From NCBI GenBank assembly GCA_031369685.1, contig JANMPD010000239.1, positions 1 to 61,470 of the forward strand: 61,470 nucleotides of DNA, given 5' to 3'. A model generated the notes under the pieces. That model worked only from the letters and a program-made list of their open reading frames with translations, made no database searches and was not told where the DNA came from. A program made the position numbers and the translations under genes. The stretch comes from Chloroflexota bacterium. GTDB lineage: Bacteria; Chloroflexota; Limnocylindria; Limnocylindrales; CSP1-4. This document shows positions 55,727-61,470 of this stretch, piece after piece. How positions within the stretch are numbered: the first letter of the stretch is position 1; the number at the start of each line of letters is the position of its first letter.

Positions 55727-56467
55727 TCAGGTCCGGGCCGGGACCCGATGAAACAGGGCGGGATCCGCGATTCCGGGCAGGACGCGGACCAGTGATGCCG
55801 GCCGAAGGCCCAGCGTCGCTCGGCCCAGCGGACCTTCCAGGGTCAGGGAATCGAGCGATTCGGAGCGGGCCAGGACGCTGACCGGCACGCCGGGTCGGAG
55901 GCCGCGGGCCTCGAGGTAGGAGAGCAGGCCCGGGTCCTCCTCGGCTTCCTCGGTGATCCGGTAAATCGTCACGTGATCGCCGGCCGCGGTCGCCGACAGC
56001 CGGACTCCCTCGGGCCGGCGTCGCGTGGTCTCGATGTCGATGGGATTGCCATGCGGACACGTCTCGGGATGACCCAGCAACTCGTCGAGCCGTGCCTCGA
56101 CTCGCGGCGAGATGGCGGCCTGAAGTCGCTCGGCTTCGACGTCCGATTCGGCCCAACCCAGCCCGACGATCTCGGTCAGCAGCCACTCGCACAGGGCGTG
56201 GCGGCGGAAGATGCCGTCGGCTGCGGCCCGGCCGGCGGTCGTGAGCACGAGCACGCGGCCATCGCTCTGGGTTACGAGGGCGTCGGCGGTCAGCCGTCGG
56301 AACATCTCGCTCGCCGCCTGCGGGCTGACGCCCATCCGACGTGCCACCTGCGCCGACGTCACCCGGGCACCGTCGCTCGCCATCACGCGCAGGGCGAGAA
56401 GGTACTCCTGGGCCGCGGTGGACAGGTCGCGGGCGGTTGCCCGACGGGAGGTTGATGGATTCGTCAC
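55727..56467 (-). CDS. DtxR/IdeR/MntR-family metal-dependent transcriptional regulator with C-terminal FeoA/SH3-like domain
   Basis: wHTH 'VTSAQVARRMGVSPQAASEMFRRL' and metal site 'HPETCPHGNPI'. The GTG at 56467 is preferred because the ORF opening at 56536 would overlap the upstream gene by 53 nt. Confidence 0.8.
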   Translation of the reverse strand: MTNPSTSRRATARDLSTAAQEYLLALRVMASDGARVTSAQVARRMGVSPQAASEMFRRLTADALVTQSDGRVLVLTTAGRAAADGIFRRHALCEWLLTEIVGLGWAESDVEAERLQAAISPRVEARLDELLGHPETCPHGNPIDIETTRRRPEGVRLSATAAGDHVTIYRITEEAEEDPGLLSYLEARGLRPGVPVSVLARSESLDSLTLEGPLGRATLGLRPASLVRVLPGIADPALFHRVPART

Positions 56468-56483
56468 CGGGCGAGGATACGGC

Positions 56484-57824
56484 TCAGGCCGCTGATCGTT
56501 TACGGGCCGCTCGGATGCCCATGACCGCGACACCAATGATCCAGGCGATCGCCAGGATCGCGAGCAGCGAGGCCGGGCCGTAGGCCCGGTCGTAGCGTGC
56601 CCCGCTGGCGGACAGCGTGGCCGCCGCCGGGAACGCCACGATCAGGACCGCCGCGGTCCCACCGACCAGGACACGGGCGAGAAACGGGGCAGCCAGCAGG
56701 ACGATCAGGATGACCGCCTGGGCGAGCCAGGGGAGCGCGGCACCCTCCGGAGTACAGGTGGCCGAGAACTCCGCGCAGCCGGTCGAATCTCCGATCAGTG
56801 CCGCGGCCGCGATCCCGAGCGGCGGCCACGCGAGGAGCGCGAACACCACGCGCCGGAGGGAACTGCGGTCGAGGACCGACAGGTCCAGTGACGGGATGAA
56901 GTCCGTGCCCAGCGGCAAAGGGCCGGCCGGGGCATCAGATCCACTCCCGCCGGGACCTCCGGCAGCCCCGGGCTCCTCCTGGGAACGTGCCGTCGAACGC
57001 GCTCGTGTTGCCGCTTCGGCCCGCTCCCGGGCAGCCGCTTCGGCCCGCTCCCGGGCAGCCGCGTCAGTCCGCTCCGGGGCATAGGCTCGTGCGCGCGAGG
57101 CGGTCGTGTTCGGCCGGGCCTGGGCCCGCGCGTTGGCGCCGGTGGGCGGATCGGGCCTCGCGTTGGTGTCGCCGTCGGCACCGGTCTCGGTCGCCGCGCC
57201 GGTCTCGGTCGCCGCGCCGGGGCGTACATCGGGTGCTCGCGTACGCGTCCGCTCCGCTCGATCGGCAGCTCGAGCCTGGTATTCCGGGCCGTGCTTCCGG
57301 GGATCCGCGTATTCCCGCGGGTTCACGGTCCAGTACTCGCCGCTCGACTGCCCGTACCAGGCGGCACCCTGCCACGCAGGATCCGATGCGTCCTGGGGTC
57401 CGTCGTAGGAGGTGGACCCGAAGGTCGCCTTGCGGGTCGCGCGTCGGCGCGGGCCTCCGGGTGGCGCTCCCCTGCCCCGATTCTCGGCTGGGCCCGTGCG
57501 CCAACCCGCGGGACCTTCGGATCCAGGTTCCGACGCGGATCCGCTGCCGGCCGGCCGGCCGCCACGCCGTGCCTCGCGAGCCCTCGACGGTTCCGCCTTC
57601 CAGGGTTCAGCGGCAGGCCCGGACCTCGTCCCACGCACCGCGCCGCGGCCCTTCGAAACCGAAAGCTGTTCGTACGCGGCCTGGATCGCGAGGAACCGAG
57701 GCAAGGCCCGTTCGCCGGCGGAGTCCGGGAGATTTGCCTTGGCCAATGCCCGGTACGCCCGCTTGACGTCGGGCGCGGATGCTCCGGGGTTCAGCCCGAG
57801 GACGCGATACGGGTCGGAGGGCAT
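56484..57824 (-). CDS. J-domain-like membrane protein with long low-complexity linker
   Basis: N-terminus '[32 protein letters not shown]' has the J-domain pattern, with LPD where HPD is expected. It has an Arg/Ala/Pro/Gly-rich middle and about 4 C-terminal hydrophobic helices. Confidence 0.6.
   Translation of the reverse strand: MPSDPYRVLGLNPGASAPDVKRAYRALAKANLPDSAGERALPRFLAIQAAYEQLSVSKGRGAVRGTRSGPAAEPWKAEPSRAREARRGGRPAGSGSASEPGSEGPAGWRTGPAENRGRGAPPGGPRRRATRKATFGSTSYDGPQDASDPAWQGAAWYGQSSGEYWTVNPREYADPRKHGPEYQARAADRAERTRTRAPDVRPGAATETGAATETGADGDTNARPDPPTGANARAQARPNTTASRARAYAPERTDAAARERAEAAARERAEAATRARSTARSQEEPGAAGGPGGSGSDAPAGPLPLGTDFIPSLDLSVLDRSSLRRVVFALLAWPPLGIAAAALIGDSTGCAEFSATCTPEGAALPWLAQAVILIVLLAAPFLARVLVGGTAAVLIVAFPAAATLSASGARYDRAYGPASLLAILAIAWIIGVAVMGIRAARKRSAA
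57010..57081 (-). repeat. In-frame 24-nt tandem repeat x3 (ERAEAAAR octads) in J-domain protein
   Basis: 'gccgcttcggcccgctcccgggca' occurs twice perfectly, followed by one degenerate copy. Confidence 0.85.
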
Positions 57825-57828
57825 CTCC

Positions 57829-58956
57829 CTACCCTCGTGGCACGAGCTCGTGGAGCGGTGCGAGTTCGAAGGACGGGATGGCCTCGGCGCTCACGCGACC
57901 GTGCGGATCCGTCTCCGTGGGGCGGTGATAGCGTCCCAGGACGCGCACCGACTGGCCTGCCAGCACACCGGCCTGCTGGAGCGCCTCCACGGTCGCGGCC
58001 CACGTCGCCCGGTCGTAACCGTCGCCGTCTTCGATCTTGATGGCCATGCCAGAGGCAGCCACTTCGGTTCCGTTTCCGCGACTCCCCTTGGTGATCGCCA
58101 GCCCGCGCAGGGCCTCCATCCCTCCCTTGGACACGATCCTGCCGGGAACGGCTTTCATGAGCGAGGTATCCAAGCGGTCCCGGCTCCCGGCCACGAGATC
58201 CGGATGGGCCAGCATGGCGTCCCGGATGCTCGTCAGTGGCTTCGCCAGCGACGCTCGACTGTCGCTCGCGGGGATCGAATCAGGACCCGCGAGGTACGCA
58301 TAGGCCCGGGCAACGTCCCGAAGTGCGAAGGCATACGTCGGGATCCCGCAGGCGTCGATGCCGAGCTTGAGTTTGGCGGGCGTCGTCCCGAACGCTCGCG
58401 CGACGGCTGCTCGATAGGCAACCTGGGCCGGGTGTCCCTCCAGCCAGTACCCGTCCGTCTCCCAGCCGTGGAGGCGGCACAGGAGAAGGAACACGGAGTG
58501 CTGGCCGGAGCACATGTGGCGAACGGGGCTCGCCTTCTCGCCGTCCCGCGCAAGGCGCGCCGCGGTCAGCGCATCGAGCGGCATCCCGTCGGATCCACAG
58601 GCCAGCATCGCCTGGCTCACGCCGGTCCGGCGGTACAGGCCCTGCAAGGTACGGACATGCAGATCCTCCCCGGAATGGCTGCTGGCCATGAGCGCCAGTT
58701 CCGCCGGCTCGAGGGCGAACGCCTCGACGCCGCCGGCCTCGAGCAGTGCCACCAGGCCGAAGGGCTTGACGCACGAACGGAGGTTGACGACGTGATCCGG
58801 ATCGCCGATCGCCCTGAGAATTCGGCCCGTGACGTCGACCTCGACGATGTCCCCGCGGTGGACGCTTTCCTCGACGCCGGCGCGCATCTGGCGAACCAGG
58901 ATCGGCGGCGGAATGCGCCGTTGACGGGGATGATCGACGGGTTTGGCAGCTGGCAC
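57829..58956 (-). CDS. Asparaginase-II family protein
   Basis: '[13 protein letters not shown]', '[14 protein letters not shown]' and '[10 protein letters not shown]'. GTG start at 58956; the start is uncertain. Confidence 0.7.
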   Translation of the reverse strand: MPAAKPVDHPRQRRIPPPILVRQMRAGVEESVHRGDIVEVDVTGRILRAIGDPDHVVNLRSCVKPFGLVALLEAGGVEAFALEPAELALMASSHSGEDLHVRTLQGLYRRTGVSQAMLACGSDGMPLDALTAARLARDGEKASPVRHMCSGQHSVFLLLCRLHGWETDGYWLEGHPAQVAYRAAVARAFGTTPAKLKLGIDACGIPTYAFALRDVARAYAYLAGPDSIPASDSRASLAKPLTSIRDAMLAHPDLVAGSRDRLDTSLMKAVPGRIVSKGGMEALRGLAITKGSRGNGTEVAASGMAIKIEDGDGYDRATWAATVEALQQAGVLAGQSVRVLGRYHRPTETDPHGRVSAEAIPSFELAPLHELVPRG

Positions 58957-59103
58957 GACACGAGACTACCGCGTGCGCATCAATCCGGAGTGGCGGGACC
59001 GTTTCGGGCAGGGGCCCGGTGCGGGATGGGCTACGATTGCCTCCAACCCACCACGAATCGCCCCGATTGGGGCGCCACGATCGGTCACCCCGGAGGCTCG
59101 TCG

Positions 59104-59748
59104 ATGCCGACGCCGACGCTTCACGTCTCGAAGCACCCAGCCGTCCAGCACAAGCTGGGCATCCTTCGTGACGTCAACACGGAGCCCAAGAAATTCCGCG
59201 AAGTGGTCCGGGAACTCTCCTGGCTCCTGGGCTACGAGGCCCTTGCCGAGGCCGGCCTGCGTCCACTCGCCGTCGCGACGCCGCACGAGACGAGGCAGGG
59301 GGCCGAACTCGCGGACCGGATCGGGCTGGTGCCGATCCTGCGGGCCGGCCTGGGCATGGTCGACGCGATGCTCGAGTTGATGCCGACGGCCCAGGTCTGG
59401 CACCTCGGCCTGTTCCGCGACGAACGCACGCTCCGTCCCGTGGAGTACTACAACAAGCTCCCCGATTCGGCCAACGTGGATCTCTGCCTGATCCTCGACC
59501 CGATGCTCGCGACCGGTGGTTCGGCCACCGCGGCCATCGAGGTCCTCAAGCGCTGGGGCGCGGTCCGGATCAAGCTCGTGAACCTCATCGCTGCCCCGGA
59601 GGGAGTTGCGGCGGTGACTGCCGCACATCCGGACGTCGAGATCTTCACCGCATCGCTGGATCGCCAGCTCAACGACGTCGGCTACATCATGCCCGGCCTC
59701 GGTGATGCGGGCGATCGCCAATTCGGCACCGGCGGCGCGGCGCGCTAG
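59104..59748 (+). CDS. upp: Uracil phosphoribosyltransferase
   Basis: These are the last 214 codons of the artefactual 778-aa ORF. ATG follows GGAGG. PRPP loop '[12 protein letters not shown]' and '[16 protein letters not shown]'. Confidence 0.9.
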   Translation: MPTPTLHVSKHPAVQHKLGILRDVNTEPKKFREVVRELSWLLGYEALAEAGLRPLAVATPHETRQGAELADRIGLVPILRAGLGMVDAMLELMPTAQVWHLGLFRDERTLRPVEYYNKLPDSANVDLCLILDPMLATGGSATAAIEVLKRWGAVRIKLVNLIAAPEGVAAVTAAHPDVEIFTASLDRQLNDVGYIMPGLGDAGDRQFGTGGAAR

Positions 59749-59892
59749 ACAGGATGGTAGTGGCAGTCTGACCTTTCGCCGGGTTCACAGAAGGTCAATT
59801 CGCGACGCTCCGCTCGCATACGCCTCGGCCGCCTGCCCTGCGTGTAATACATGCTACTTGACACGCGCATGTTTCTGTCCTCTACTGGTGAC

Positions 59893-61263
59893 ATGAGTGG
59901 AAGCGCGCCGCAGATCGAAGCCCAGACCGACCGCAACTCCTCGCGCGTTATCGGCTCGATCGTCGCGCTCGCCCTTGGCTGCGTCTTCCTCGCGGTGTTC
60001 GGCGTAGTCCAACCCTTCGGCGGGACGACCGCCCTCTTCGAGCGCCCCGATATCTTGATCGCAGCGTTAGCGATCGCCGCCGCACTTGGATGGCGCCTCG
60101 GCCGCGCAGTTGGCGAGACAGGCTGGCTGCGGGCCGTTGGCAGCGGCATCGCCTTCGGGCTCCTTCTGCCACCCATCGCGATGCTCGTCAGCGTCATCGC
60201 CGTCGCAACGGACGCCGCGCTTCGCGGAGCCACCAATCCCCTCATCGCGCTTGGCTGGGGCGTTGCCTGGGCCATCTATGGAACCTTCATCGTTTGCTTC
60301 TATGGGTGGGTCTTCACCGTTCCGGTCGGCATTGTCTGGGCCCTGGGCACTCGTGCCCTATCGAGCATTCGCATTACATCGATGGTTCGGCGGAGCACGC
60401 GTCCCACCGCCCGCTTTGTCGTCGCCTTGGTGTCGATCGCCCTCGCCGTCGGGACGGTCCAGGCCGTGACCTATGCGCCCAAGGATGCCCGCTGCCTCGA
60501 CCTCCAAGGTGGGGCGCCCACCGATGCCGCCTTCTCGCCGGCCGGAGATCTGTTGGCGGTCACGCTCCAGAGCGACCCCAACGCGCCCGGGACGGTCGTC
60601 CTGATGCGCTGGCCATCCGGCGAGGTGGTCGACTCGTGGTCAGCCTGGGTGGACGACAGCGTGGCCGTCGACCCCGTCGGAAGGGTCTATTGGTCGGCGT
60701 GGGTCCTGAGTTTCTCGGGCGAAGGTGAACCGGGCGATGGCGTATTCACGGCAACGCCGGGCTCGGCACCCGTTCTCTTCGCCACCGGCAACGAGAGTGA
60801 GCTGAACGACCTCACCTGGACCAGTGATGGCCTGCGTGGAACGACACCGAATTCGCACCAAGTCGCGCGCATCCCGCTCACCGGCAGCAGCCGGGTGGAG
60901 GTCATGCACGATCGCGACGCGGTCGGCGCGTTCTGGTCGTCAGCGAGCGGAACGACGACCGTGACGGGCCCCACCTACGTCGGCGCAACGCTCCAGCTCT
61001 CGACGGCCAACGGAACACGCTCCGTCCCGTTTAGTGGTGATGCACGTTCGGTGGCCCTCAGCGCCGACGGCCAGACGATCGTTGAAGCTGGCTGGTTCGA
61101 CGGGACGCGTTTCATCGATGTCAAGTCGGGCAGTTCGCGCCTTGTACTGCGCGGCTCTCAGGCCTTCGTCGCCCTGTCGGAGAACGGCGACGTGGCTTGG
61201 GCAAACGAGGAGCAGTACGGGCACGGTCGCCTGTGCACGTCGACGCTCGCTCGGCTCGATTGA
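59893..61263 (+). CDS. Hypothetical membrane protein: N-terminal helix bundle plus C-terminal beta-propeller-like region
   Basis: About 5-6 hydrophobic helices, followed by repeated 'SPAGD/SADGQ/TSDG'-type strands. The ORF opens at 59851, but the first 14 codons are AT-rich. Confidence 0.5.
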   Translation: MSGSAPQIEAQTDRNSSRVIGSIVALALGCVFLAVFGVVQPFGGTTALFERPDILIAALAIAAALGWRLGRAVGETGWLRAVGSGIAFGLLLPPIAMLVSVIAVATDAALRGATNPLIALGWGVAWAIYGTFIVCFYGWVFTVPVGIVWALGTRALSSIRITSMVRRSTRPTARFVVALVSIALAVGTVQAVTYAPKDARCLDLQGGAPTDAAFSPAGDLLAVTLQSDPNAPGTVVLMRWPSGEVVDSWSAWVDDSVAVDPVGRVYWSAWVLSFSGEGEPGDGVFTATPGSAPVLFATGNESELNDLTWTSDGLRGTTPNSHQVARIPLTGSSRVEVMHDRDAVGAFWSSASGTTTVTGPTYVGATLQLSTANGTRSVPFSGDARSVALSADGQTIVEAGWFDGTRFIDVKSGSSRLVLRGSQAFVALSENGDVAWANEEQYGHGRLCTSTLARLD

Positions 61264-61470
61264 CCTCTGCGTCGGACGTGGTCTCGAGCGGAGCAAATCT
61301 GTGCTCGAACGAAAGTCGAGCGAAAGGAATCTACGTGAATGGATCCTCACGAGTCATTTCGCTTGAGGACGGTGTCAAACACCGCTCGCCCGAAACCATG
61401 GAGTTTCATTACCACAGGACCCGCGGCGCACGCGGCGGCGGATCTAATTCGATGGTCAGGGACGGAGCTC

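Noticed and set aside
59059-59074. Perfect hairpin CGCCCC-GATT-GGGGCG upstream of upp, considered as a PyrR-type attenuator or terminator.
   Set aside because: There is no following U-run and no PyrR binding-loop consensus. It is a single short GC stem in GC-rich DNA and is not distinctive enough.
57412-59748. 778-aa ORF on the plus strand.
   Set aside because: Only the last 214 codons (upp, from ATG 59104 with a GGAGG RBS) are credible. The remainder is antisense to the J-domain and asparaginase-II genes and has Arg/Pro/Gly-dominated composition.
61264-61470. AT-richer terminal 200 bp with short 'TCGAGCG(A/G)A' repeats, and a possible minus-strand gene end (TAA at 61410-61412) entering from beyond the window.
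   Set aside because: Only about 20 codons of that frame are visible, and no motif is recognisable. It cannot be supported as a feature from this window alone.

Overview
High-GC, densely coding bacterial chromosomal window with about 55 supportable CDS on both strands and many 1-8 nt start/stop overlaps. Gene content looks Actinobacteria-like: a SigR/RsrA-type sigma/anti-sigma pair, SenX3/RegX3-like two-component proteins and a long-form DeoC. I could not support any rRNA, tRNA, CRISPR array, transposase or integrase.

Layout:
(1) 1-7.2 kb: galactoside module. It holds a GH2 beta-galactosidase cut by the window edge, a GH36 alpha-galactosidase, galactokinase and an MFS transporter.
(2) 7.3-17.3 kb: two DMT/EamA transporters, an ABC-2 pair, a translationally coupled aldehyde dehydrogenase pair, a YhhN protein and an S9 peptidase.
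(3) 17.3-19.2 kb: the only clearly atypical stretch. It is lower in GC, poorly coding, and ends in a lipoprotein whose C-terminus is a Hint (intein/Hedgehog-type) domain.
(4) 19.3-28.5 kb: deoC, a second S9 peptidase, a DNA-ligase-like protein with every catalytic lysine substituted, a second ABC-2 pair and a P-type ATPase.
(5) 28.5-53.7 kb: an unusually large phosphate/polyphosphate/arsenic neighbourhood. It contains DUF971, ppk1, CYTH-CHAD, ppx/gppA, pstSCAB-phoU-sixA-arsC, arsR<->arsM, a histidine-kinase-EEP-GDPD operon, DUF47, PiT and a RegX3-like regulator. It is interrupted by a SigR/RsrA-like module with OsmC and two cysteine-depleted ArsM paralogues, plus proS.
(6) 53.8-61.3 kb: gltX, a DtxR-family regulator, a J-domain membrane protein, an asparaginase-II family protein, upp and a membrane-anchored beta-propeller-like protein.

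Best candidates for something undescribed:
- the Hedgehog-like 'signal-cargo-Hint-stop' lipoprotein;
- the sigma/anti-sigma operon coupled to Cys-less ArsM-family methyltransferases;
- a 182-bp structured repeat present twice in convergent intergenic regions;
- the ligase-fold pseudoenzyme.

All protein calls rest on motif recognition by eye. Nothing was searched against a database.
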